From Macrostomum lignano (lineage: Eukaryota), in NCBI GenBank assembly GCA_002269645.1, contig NIVC01000083.1, forward strand, positions 124,001 through 188,000: DNA of 64,000 nt, in the 5' to 3' direction. Of the stretch, positions 39,256 to 50,219 are shown in pieces. The notes beneath the pieces are model-generated. The model did no database searches. It was not told the DNA's origin and saw only the letters and a list, made by a program, of their open reading frames with translations. The translations under genes were made by a program, and so were the position numbers. Position 1 is the stretch's first letter, and the number at the start of each line of letters is the position of its first letter.

Positions 39256-39912
39256 CATGTGATATTTTCAAATGTTTAATGAGATTTTCGTTTCATACGA
39301 GTACAGAGCATGTGAATCCAATTGATGAGATTTTCAAAAGGATGCAAGACTCACGGGTGTGATTTTCATAGGCGAATCTCGGAGTTGAAACTAAAGTTGA
39401 CAAACGAAAAGAAATTTGAAAGAAAACAAACCAAACAAGGCTGTAGTGGACAATTTCAAAGTACATGTATAAAAAATTTGCTACTTCCTGCATCCCGCAT
39501 CTTAAGTGTGTTTCTATAGATAATTAATAACATTAACCTCCTGAATACAAAATCCTTGAAGTTCGCGCCTTGTGTCGTCACAATTGCATTTTACTATTTA
39601 TAGGTTGTTTTCGGTTTTCTATCGGGCTTAACATCCTACATGTTCTACTAAAATCAGAGAAAAAGAGCTGCAGTAGCTACACTGCACCAGTGCAATTACG
39701 CGCAATTGTACGTGCAAAGTGGAACTCTGAGCTCTGACCCTGCAAGCAGACGCTGTTTTTCTTCTGTGTACTCTTGTGGCAGAGAGCCAGCGTGTGCAAT
39801 TCTTCATGGTGCCTTGTTGGAGGCTAGCTTTTATTTAAACCTCGCCCTCCAGGGTTTGTCAACTTCTCAAACGGGTGCAATTGGAGTTACTGTTTTCTCA
39901 AAATTTCATAAA

Positions 39913-41373
39913 ATGCCAGAGAAGAAGCCCCGCACAAGCACCAGTTCGGATGTCAGCTTCATCCATTTGGGTGAGGTTGATGACTTATCTGCTGGGCGCG
40001 GATCTCGCTGCTGCCAAGGCAGGGCTTGTGCGGGGTTCGCCGGCGTGGCTGCGGTCTCGCTGTTGATCGCCCTGGCTCTGCTTTGCCTGGTGCTGCTCGG
40101 GAAAGTCTGCGTTCGGCACGGACAGGACGGTGGCCTGTGGCCGAGCTCCGTGGGACTGTGCGGGCGCAGGGACCTGGTAGGATTCTTTTGCTGCCATTGA
40201 GCAGCTGGTCCTCCAGCCTCCCAGATCCTCAGTTGCTAGGCCACCAGCCTCCCAGATCCTCAGTTGCTAGACCACCAGCCTCCCAGATCCTCAGTTGCTA
40301 GACCACCAGCCTCCCAGATCCTCAGTTGCTAGACCACCAGCCTCCCAGATCCTCAGTTGCTAGACCACCAGCCTCCCAGATCCTCAGTTGCTAAGACCAC
40401 CAGCCTCCCAGATCCTCAGTTGAAGTCAAGTACCGATTGCTTCAGTTCTGTTACAAGCGAGCGATTTCCTGACCGGACTTCTCATAATTGCAGAAAACTT
40501 TGCCTCTGTACATCAACTTGGCAATCGAATTCAATAAAGTGCCAGCATGTCAGGAGCCTCTGAGCACAAAGATGCGACTGCCCTGCTCAAGAAAGCGACA
40601 ATATTTGACTGGAAATTCCGCGGCAGACGCCGTTTCAAAGCTCGGCGACAAGCTGGGCCCGCTGGCGTGTCGCGATGATGCCTACTTGGAGAACGGCGGC
40701 CGAGACAACTGCAAGCACAATCGCTTTCACCTGGCGTACAATGACACCGGGGTCATCATTCCCGTGGATGGAGTGTACAGAGTTCACTCGACGGTGAGGG
40801 CGATTTTTGGGCTTGAATAGTCACTGCTGCTTTCTAATTGGTCCAGAGAATATTGGGTGGCTATGACGTGTAGCTCTCTGATTGGTTAAGAGTGTATCAA
40901 GGTTATGACGTGTAGCTCTCTGATTGGTTTAGAGGGTATCTGGAGGTTAATGACGTGTAGCTCTCTGATTGGTTTAGAGGGTATCTGGAGGTTAATGACG
41001 TGTAGCTCTCTAATAGGTTTTAAAAAAAACGATTATTTGCAACGCTTCTCATTGGCTATCAAACCCACAGATATCGTTCGTAGACACACTGGACTATTAC
41101 GTAAGCGCCATCGTCCGCGTCGACCCCGCCGATTGCGTAAAAGACCCAGTCTGCTCAGCCTCGGAGCTCAGCCGAGACCGTCGAGCCCACGCTTGGCTAT
41201 CCTGCGCCAATCACAACGGTGGAGCCAAAAAAGGCAACAGCTTCACCAGCTGCACCATAGACGGTGTTCGTCGATTCAACCGAGGCGACGTGGTCAGCTT
41301 CAGCGTCACTCAGCAGTTCCGATCGATCAATCCGTTTCACAAGAGCACGCAGTTTTTCATTCACAAAATTTAA
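39913..41373 (+). CDS. TNF-superfamily ligand, paralogue 1 (type II membrane protein, about 288 aa); exons 39913-40176, 40494-40793, 41071-41373
   Basis: A short cytoplasmic N-terminus is followed by one hydrophobic segment (FAGVAAVSLLIALALLCLVLLG). The C-terminal TNF-homology-like domain has GVIIPVDGVYRVHSTISF...SCTIDGVRRFNRGDVVSFSV...TQFFIHKI*. Phase-0 GT-AG junctions. A C1q-like fold cannot be excluded by eye. Confidence 0.78.
40215..40400. repeat. About 31-bp minisatellite (CTCCCAGATCCTCAGTTGCTAGACCACCAGC) in TNF paralogue 1 intron 1
   Basis: About 6 visible units; shares CCAGCCTCCCAGATCCTCAGTTGCT with the 23225-24455 array. Confidence 0.93.
40860..41020. repeat. About 45-bp repeat (4 units) carrying TGACGTGTAGCTCTCTGATTGG in TNF paralogue 1 intron 2
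   Basis: Visible copies at 40864, 40906, 40951 and 40996. Confidence 0.92.
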
Positions 41374-41711
41374 ATTGAGACATAATTTTTTTGTTGACAT
41401 AGCCTTTTGTACATAATTAGATAGCTACAGTGTCATTGTCAGACAAAAAACTTTCTTTTTAAGCACATTTGTTGATTATCATAAATACAATTTAATGTTT
41501 TTATTTTTTACGCTCGTAGACCTTTAGCGTTTTCATAGCAGAATTCAGTGCAGTCTTGGTCGCTTGTGCCTGAGCTCAACGGGCTTTAAAATGAGATAAA
41601 AACATAATATTTTTAGGTGTTCTGTAATTCCTTATTAATTCCTTTACTTGGTGAGCAATTGACTAAGTTTGAAATTCCATAGAAAATCCTTGTTGTCTTG
41701 TTGACAAATTC

Positions 41712-42085
41712 CTTATGAACCAATGACCTAATCTCAGGATTCCCTATGAACCAATGACCTAATCTCTGAATTCCCTATGAACCAATGTCCTAATCTCAGA
41801 ATTCCCTATGAACCAATGTCCTAATCTCAGGATTCCCTATGAACCAATGTCCTAATCTCAGAATTCCCTATGAACCAATGACCTAATCTCAGAATTCCCT
41901 ATGAACCAATGTCCTAATCTCAGAATTCCCTATGAACCAATGTCCTAATCTCAGAATTCCCTATGAACCAATGACCTAATCTCAGAATTCCCTATGAACC
42001 AATGACCTCATCTCAGAATTCCCTATGAACCAATGACCCAATCTCAGAATTCCCTATGAAGCATTGACCCAGTCTCAGAAATTCC
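41712..42085. repeat. 31-bp minisatellite (CCCTATGAACCAATGACCTAATCTCAGAATT) between the TNF paralogues
   Basis: Visible tandem units. Confidence 0.94.
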
Positions 42086-42644
42086 CCCTGTAAACGTTGA
42101 CTCAATTTGAGAAATTACCTGTGAAAATATTGACGAAATCTGAAAAACTCTTTATGAACCTCTAACCCTAATGAAGAAACTTGAGAAAGTCCCCAAGGAA
42201 TATGAGTGCGAGAAATACCTACGCATTAGCTTTTTAACATTATTTGCTGCCGAAGCATAATTAGCTTGTATTAGAATTTTTAAAATATGAAAACAGACTG
42301 TTTAACTGCACTCTAAAGACCTGCTGCTAGTTCAAATTGACTCCGTTTTTCCTTAACTATGTTTGTTTTACACTAGTGGACCTATTCAATAAGTGCGAAC
42401 AACCTTCCCTTGCCTGGAGGCTAAAGTCCTTGGGCTTTGTGTAAGCAGCACCTGACTTCTTTATCTACGAGTATTTGTAGCTCGCACCTGTACAAATGAA
42501 AACGCTTTGAAAAGCTAGACTTTATCGCCGTGAATTGCTGCACTTTCACTAATTTTGTGCATTTCAGCATTTTCTTATCGTCAATTATGGTATTTTAGGC
42601 CTCTAAAAGCAGAAAAATCAAGGACTTAGCGATGGTAATGACGA

Positions 42645-42932
42645 TAATAATTATAATAATATTAATATATTTGATTACACCTGCCCTAATGGACGGATGT
42701 GCAACCGACAGCTCAGCCGCATCTGAAGGCTGCGTACGGCTGTTCAGTCCAAGGACTGGGGGGTCGCCACACACCCTCAATTACCCCAGCTAATGCTGGC
42801 GCCCATTTTACATCTGGGTGAGCTGAAGCAATGCAGAGTTAAGTGTCTTGCTCAAGGATACAAATTGTTCCGATTTGGTGATCGAGAATCGAACCCCCGA
42901 CCTTTCAGTCATGAGTCCGACGCTCTAAACAC
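42645..42932 (-). mobile_element. tRNA-derived CORE-type SINE, 5'-truncated or degenerate
   Basis: The minus strand reads GTGTTTAGAGCGTCGGACTCATGACTGAAAGGTCGGGGGTTCGATTCT (tRNA-like head with box B). It continues CCTTGAGCAAGACACTTAACTCTGCATTGCTTCAGCTCACCCAGATGTAAAATGGG, resembling the MIR/CORE domain, and ends in an (ATT)n-like tail. No TSD seen. Confidence 0.75.
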
Positions 42933-43234
42933 AACGATTTTAAAGTCGGTCTAAAATTGTAATGTCTGACAATTACAATACAATACAATTTGTAAAACGT
43001 ATACTTTTAAAAAATATGTACACCATTGTAAAATAATGAAAATAGTTACAAGACTTATAATGAACATGAAAAACAATGAGGAAAGTGTGAATGTAAAAAA
43101 AGAATGTAAAGAATGTTAAAATGTTAAAATTACCAAAAAGAAGGTTTTCTTTCATCGTTGTTACATGTAGTTTTTTTACAAAATTTGGCAGCAAAGTTAG
43201 TCGTGACAATTTGAAGTGTCTGGATTTTTTATGC

Positions 43235-45699
43235 TTATCCTGATCGGGAGACCAAGTACAGAGCAAAATGGGTAGCAGGTTTGTGCAGATTGATGCTTCG
43301 ATAGGAACTGCGAACCCGGAAGCTCACAGAGTCGCCACGGCGCAGTTTGAGCAGCCCGTTCACAGTGCACGCTGTGAAGCGATTTCTCGACTCGATGTGG
43401 GCGCTGTGACTGGCGCAGTCGAATCGGATCTTGCCGTTAACCATGACGCTAAATGTCACGTGATTCTTGGAGTTGTTGTCTATGAAGGTCACCTGTGTTG
43501 TTTTTTCGATTTTTTGTTTGTTTAGATACTGCAAAGAAATTTTTGATTCTACAAATAGCCCGACCAATAGGACAGCGACACCTCACTATCATTTCCATCA
43601 AGACTGATTCTAAGAATAGCATGACCAATAGAAGAGCGACACGTCACTACCATTTCCATCAAGACTGATTCTAAAAATAGCATGACCAATAGAAGAGCGA
43701 CACGTCACTACCATTTCCATCAAGACTGATTCTAAAAATAGCCCAACCCAATAGAAGAGCGACACGTCACTATCATTTCCATCAAGACTGATTCTAGAAA
43801 TAGCCCGACCAATAGGAGAGCGACACGTCACTATCCATTTAATCATCAAACTTATTCTAAAAATAGCCTGAAAAATATCCAAAAACCTTTTAAAAGTTAA
43901 ATTTATTTTACTCTTACAGTGGAATGGATCACATAAATGCCGTTACTCAACGCGACTAGCACGTCTCTTTTGTCATTCAAAAGAAAGCCGGAATGCTTGC
44001 AATCGCCGGCGGCAGAGTGTGAACTCGCATCGCAGACTAGCGGACCGAGTGACCTTTCTAAAAATATGCAGGAGTGCACTGCTCAAGCTAAAACTCATGC
44101 GACAGGGTGATGCACATTATGCAGCAAGAAAGTGAGAATACGCCCGCCTCCATTAATAGTTTGACCAACCTGAATCAGTCAGCATGAGGCCCTCCTCAGT
44201 CAGACACGGGGTGGTCAACAGGTTCTGGTGGCCTGCCGAAATTCCACCAGCGCTTTCACCGAGACAATGTTGAATTGCAGATCGATTGATTGACAGCGAA
44301 ACGCAAGGCTGCAATGTTACAGGAACTGATCCTATCTAACTGGAACTGATCCTATCTAACAGGATCCTATGTAACAGGAACTGATCCTATGTAACAGGAA
44401 CTGATCCTATGTAACAGGAACTGATCCTGTCTAACTGGAACTGATCCTATCTAACAGGAGCTGACCCTATGTAACAGGAACTGATCCTGTCTAACTGGAA
44501 CTGATCCTATCTAACAGGAGCTGACCCTATGTAACAGGAACTGATCCTATGTAACAGGAACTGATCCTATCTAACAGGAACTGATCCTATCTAACAGGAG
44601 CTGACCCTATCTAACAGGAACTGATCCTGTCTAACAGGAACTGATCCTATGTAACAGGAACTAATTTTGTCTAACAGGAACTAATCCTATCGAACAGGAA
44701 CTCATCCTATCTAATAGGAACTGATCCTATGTAACAGGAACTGATCCTATGTAACAGGAACTGATCCTGTCTAACAGGAACTGATCCTATGTAACAGGAA
44801 CTGATCCTGTCTAACAGGAACTGATCCTATGTAACAGGAACTGATCCTGTCTAACAGGAACTGATCCTATGTAATAGGAACTGATCCCATGTAACAGGAA
44901 CTGATCCTGTCTAACAGGAACTGATCCTATGTAACAGGAACTGACCCTATGTAACAGGAACTGATCCTATCTAACAGGAACTGATCCTATCTAACAGGAA
45001 CTGATCCTATCTAACAGGAGCTGACCCTATCTAACAGGAACTGATCCTGTCTAACAGGAACTGATCCTATGTAACAGGAACTAATTTTGTCTAACAGGAA
45101 CTAATCCTATCGAACAGGAACTCATCCTATCTAATAGGAACTGATCCTATGTTACAGGAACTGATCCTATGTAACAGGAACTGATCCTGTCTAACAGGAA
45201 CTGATCCTATGTAACAGGAACTGATCCTGTCTAACAGGAACTGATCCTATGTAACAGGAACTGATCCTATGTAACAGGAACTGATCCTATGTAACAGGAA
45301 CTGATCCTATGTAACAGGAACTGATCCTGTCTAACAGGAACTGATCCCATGTAACAGGAACTGATCCTATCTAACAGGAACTCATCCTATCTAACAGGAG
45401 CTTATCCTATCTAACAGGAACTCATCCTGTCTAACAGGAACTGATCCTATGTAACAGGAACTGATCCTATCTAACAGGAACTGATCCCCTGTACTCACAG
45501 TGGGAGGCTGGCTGCGATGATGACTGACAAAGCAGAGAACAATGGCCGCTGAAGCGAGTGCAGAGATAAGCAACACCAGTAGCACTACAAAGCGCAATGG
45601 TCTTGGGACAGCAATGTAGCTGCTATTTGAACTACAATTCGAGCTGGAAATTTTCGATTCGACAAATTTCAAAGCCTGCTCAGAGTCAGATTCTGGCAT
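43235..45699 (-). CDS. TNF-superfamily ligand, paralogue 2 (type II membrane protein, about 245 aa); exons 45699-45499, 44308-44170, 44057-43918, 43492-43235
   Basis: TM segment FVVLLVLLISALASAAIVLCFV, then SLGPLVCD...GDCKHSGF...NGIYVIHST|VTFID...FTACTVNGLLKLRRGDSVSFRV...THFALYLV. It aligns with paralogue 1, including the intron after HST. Junctions are GT-AG and frame-consistent. Confidence 0.78.
43550..43835. repeat. 61-bp repeat (about 5 units) carrying CCAATAGAAGAGCGACACGTCA in TNF paralogue 2 intron 3
   Basis: Visible copies with CCAAT at 43564, 43625, 43686, 43748 and 43809. Confidence 0.93.
44316..45490. repeat. 20-bp minisatellite (AGGAACTGATCCTATGTAAC) filling TNF paralogue 2 intron 1
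   Basis: Visible tandem units; a variant marker recurs at 420-bp spacing. Confidence 0.97.
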
Positions 45700-46111
45700 G
45701 CTGGAAAAATCGAACTTGATATCCAAGTTTAATAATAAATATGTCAATAAAGTCTGGGAACGTTTCTGAAAAATATACAGTTTTTATTGTGTGCTTATAT
45801 AATATTTTATAATTTGAGTTTAGAGTTCATCATGGTCCAGGGTTTTTAACACGTGGTGAAAAATTAAAATTTATTTTCCTAACTTCACGTTTTTTATCGA
45901 TAAGGCAGTCAGCTGACTGTACGAGCTCAGCCTAGGGTCTGGCAGTTTACCCTACTAGTGAAGTGCGCTTAAAGGTGGTTTTAAAGGACTGCTAAACCTT
46001 ATGAGGGATCGCTATTTCGAAATTAGTTGCTGGGGAATTATTTTGTGCAGTCTATCTAGCGGAGGGGAATTATTTTAAATAATTAGTGTGGATAGTTACT
46101 TTGAACCAACA

Positions 46112-46928
46112 GTGAAGAGGGAATTATTTTGAGCAAGCAGTGAAGAGGGAATCATTTTGAGCAAGCAGTGAAGAGGGAATCATTTTGAGCAAGCAGTGAA
46201 GAGGGAATTATTCTGAGCAAACAGTGAAGAGGGAATTATTCTGAGCAAACAGTGAAGAGGGAATTATTTTGAACAAGCAGTGAAAAGGGAATCATTTTGA
46301 GCAAGCAGTGAAGAGGGAATTATTTTGAGCAAACAGTGAAGAGGGAATTATTCTGAGCAAACAGTGAAGAGGGAATTATTCTGAGCAAACAGTGAAGAGG
46401 GAATTATTTTGAACAAGCAGTGAAGAGGGAATTATTCTGAGCAAACAGTGAAGAGGGAATTATTTTGAACAAGCAGTGAAGAGGGAATTATTCTGAGCAA
46501 ACAGTGAAGAGGGAATTATTCTGAGCAAACAGTGAAGAGGGAATTATTTTGAGCAAGCAGTGAAAAGGGAATCATTTTGAGCAAGCACTGAAGAGGGGAA
46601 TTATTTTGAGCAAGCAGTGAAGAGGGAATTATTTTGAGCAAGCAGTGAAGAGGGAATTATTTTGAGCAAGCAGTGAAGAGGGAATTATTCTGAGCAAGCA
46701 GTGAAAAGGGAATCATTTTGAGCAAGCAGTGAAAAGGGAATCATTTTGAGCAAGCAGTGAAGAGGGAATTATTTTGAGCAAACAGTGAAGAGGGAATTAT
46801 TCTGAGCAAGCAGTGAAGAGGGAATTATTTTGAGCAAACAGTGAAGAGGGAATTATTTTGAGCAAGCACTAAAGAGGGGAATTATTCTGAGCAAACAGTG
46901 AAGAGGGAATTATTTTGAGCAAGCAGTG
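46112..46928. repeat. 28-bp minisatellite (GCAGTGAAGAGGGAATTATTTTGAGCAA), intergenic
   Basis: Visible tandem units. Confidence 0.96.
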
Positions 46929-47529
46929 GGTATTTATTTGGGCAGTTTCTGCGAAAGCATATACAAAAAAATCGTTTTGAATAATTGGATACGTCAGTTT
47001 AATTAAAGAAATAAGATAAATTGGGAAATAATTTATGGAAGATTTTTCAAAGGATTGGCTAGGGTCATTAAAGATTCATTATACCTAATGGGTTTGGGAA
47101 TTCGGTCGATAAGCTGTCTAACAGGAAAAGAAGTGCAAGAAGTGGTCAAGAAAGTGCAGCTGTCACGGGTAAAAACTTTGTTTATATTCTTCCGCACCAT
47201 TACTTTTTTCTATTTTAGTTTATCAAAATCACGTGTCAGAAGGGTGAGTTAAAGATTTGAAAAGATATTCACCGTGTCGCACGGGCATGCTGCATGGCAC
47301 ATCCTTATCTTATGAAAACGAAAAGTATGACAATGCATTTTTACGTGCTAGACCCAAGGGTTGGTTGGTGCTCACGTTACAGGGAGCTGACAAAGTTGAT
47401 GAGCTCGCAAACCCTGTACATAAAAAAATTTAGAATATCCTGACTGTATTAAGGTTTGTAATTTTGAAATTTGCTGGGTTTATAGGTAAGTAGGTAGGTA
47501 AATCTGTAAGTAGGTTTATGAGTTAATGA

Positions 47530-47957
47530 TCGGTGAGTGGGGGTGAGTGAGTGAGTGAGTGAGTGAGTGAGCGATGAGTGAGTGAGTGAACGATGAGTGA
47601 ATGAGTGAGTGAGTGAGTGAGTGAGTGAGTGAGTGAGTGAATGAGTGAGTGAGTGAGTGAGTGAGTGAGTGAGTGAGTGAGTGAGTGAGTTAGTGAGTGA
47701 GCGATGAGTGAGTGAGTGATGAGTGAGTGACTGAGTGAGTGAGTGAGTGAGTGAGTGAGTGATAAGTGAGTGAGTGAGTGAGTGAGTGAGTGAGTGAGTG
47801 AGCGATGAGTGAGTGAGTGAGTGAGTGAGTGAGTGATGAGTGAGTGAGTGAGTGAGGGATGAGTGAGTGATGAGTGAGTGAGTGAGTGAGTGAGTGAGTG
47901 ATTGAGTGAGTGAGTGAGTGAGTGAGTGATGAGTGAGTGAGTAAGTGAGTGAGTGAG
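47530..47957. repeat. (GAGT)n microsatellite
   Basis: Visible. Confidence 0.96.
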
Positions 47958-48009
47958 GCGTGCGTCCTTTGTTAATTGTTAAGGTTTGAGTCTACCTGTG
48001 CTTCTGTTG

Positions 48010-48015
48010 ACAGAA

Positions 48016-48072
<57 letters not shown>

Positions 48073-48135
48073 CTAAGACAGACAGACAGACAGACAGACA
48101 GACACTAAGACAGACACTAAGACAGACAGACACTA

Positions 48136-48178
<43 letters not shown>

Positions 48179-48229
48179 AAGACAGAAAGATAGACAGACA
48201 GACAAACACAGACACTAAGACAGACACTA

Positions 48230-48286
<57 letters not shown>

Positions 48287-48289
48287 CTA

Positions 48290-48326
<37 letters not shown>

Positions 48327-48329
48327 CTA

Positions 48330-48406
<77 letters not shown>

Positions 48407-48565
48407 GGCAGACAGACAGACAGACAGGCAGACAGACAGACAGGCAGACAGACAGACAGACAGACAGACACTAAGACAGACAGACAGACAGACAGACAGA
48501 CACTAAGACAGACACTAAGACAGACAGACACTAAGACAGACAGACACTAAGACAGACAGACACTA

Positions 48566-48606
<41 letters not shown>

Positions 48607-48641
48607 CTAAGACAGACAGACAGACAGACAGACAGACACTA

Positions 48642-48678
<37 letters not shown>

Positions 48679-48701
48679 CTAAGACAGACAGACAGACACT
48701 A

Positions 48702-48738
<37 letters not shown>

Positions 48739-48741
48739 CTA

Positions 48742-48814
<73 letters not shown>

Positions 48815-48921
48815 GGCAGACAGACAGACAGGCAGACAGACAGACAGACAGACAGACACTAAGACAGACAGACAGACAGACAGACAGACACTAAGACAGA
48901 CACTAAGACAGACAGACACTA

Positions 48922-49006
<85 letters not shown>

Positions 49007-49161
49007 GGCAGACAGACAGACAGGCAGACAGACAGACAGACAGACAGACACTAAGACAGACAGACAGACAGACAGACAGACACTAAGACAGACACTAAGA
49101 CAGACAGACACTAAGACAGACAGACAGACAGGCAGACAGACAGACAGACAGACAGACACTA

Positions 49162-49204
<43 letters not shown>

Positions 49205-49247
49205 AAGATAGACAGACAGACAAACACAGACACTAAGACAGACACTA

Positions 49248-49284
<37 letters not shown>

Positions 49285-49287
49285 CTA

Positions 49288-49380
<93 letters not shown>

Positions 49381-49382
49381 CT
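48010..49382. repeat. (GACA)n microsatellite with CACTAA interruptions
   Basis: Visible. Confidence 0.97.
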
Positions 49383-49739
49383 GACTGCAATATGCAATGA
49401 AAAAAATAATAGTAGAATATTTGACAGGACACTGATAGCCAACCCATTGTCCTCAAAAATCAACAATTATTACATTGGTTTCACTTCCCTGCTTTAATGA
49501 AGCACTTGGCAGTTTTTAGTTTTAGGTTTACAAAATATCGTTTTGAGAGGCTGTTTTATTTATAGCTTATCAATTTTAAAACACTAAACATTACAACATT
49601 ATTCATGAAATTGCAACTACATGATTTTTCAAGAGAATAGAGATTGAATGTGAATTTTCGAAGGAAATTCCATCAAGTTGAATCCCAATAGAGGAAATCA
49701 AACTAAGAGTTCCTGCCAAACTAACCCAACCCAACCTGA

Positions 49740-50118
49740 AGGGAAATCCTACCGGATGGGAAATTCTACCGGATGGGAAATCCTACCGGATGGGAAATTC
49801 TACCGGATGGGAAATCCTACCGGATGGGAAATTCTACCGAATGGGAAATTCTACCGGATGGGAAATCCTACCGGATGGGAAATTCTACCGGATGGGAAAT
49901 TCTACCGGGAGGGAAATCCTATCGGGAGGGAAATCCTATTGGGAGGGAAATCCTACCGGAAGGGAAATCCTACCGGAAGGGAAATCCTACCGGGAGGGAA
50001 ATCCTACCGGGAGGGAAATCCTATCGGGAGGGAAATCCTATCGGGAGGGAAATCCTATTGGGAGGGAAATCCTACCGGAATGGAAATCCCACAGGAAGGG
50101 AAATCCCACCGGATGGGA
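49740..50118. repeat. 17-bp minisatellite (GGAAATCCTACCGGATG)
   Basis: Visible tandem units. Confidence 0.94.
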
Positions 50119-50219
50119 TAAGAAATCGCCATAGTTACGGCTGCTAAAATTCGTTTTAAATGCGTTGCAAAATAACAGTCGAATTGAACATTTCTCGACT
50201 AACTCTCGATGTCGAAGAA

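Noticed and set aside
42870-42932. tRNA gene
   Set aside because: Only a partial tRNA-like head without an acceptor stem, followed by a CORE domain; it is better explained as a SINE.
47385-47421. CAGGG...CCCTG 37-bp stretch as a second mini-hAT
   Set aside because: Only 5 bp are inverted and the flanks are not duplicated.
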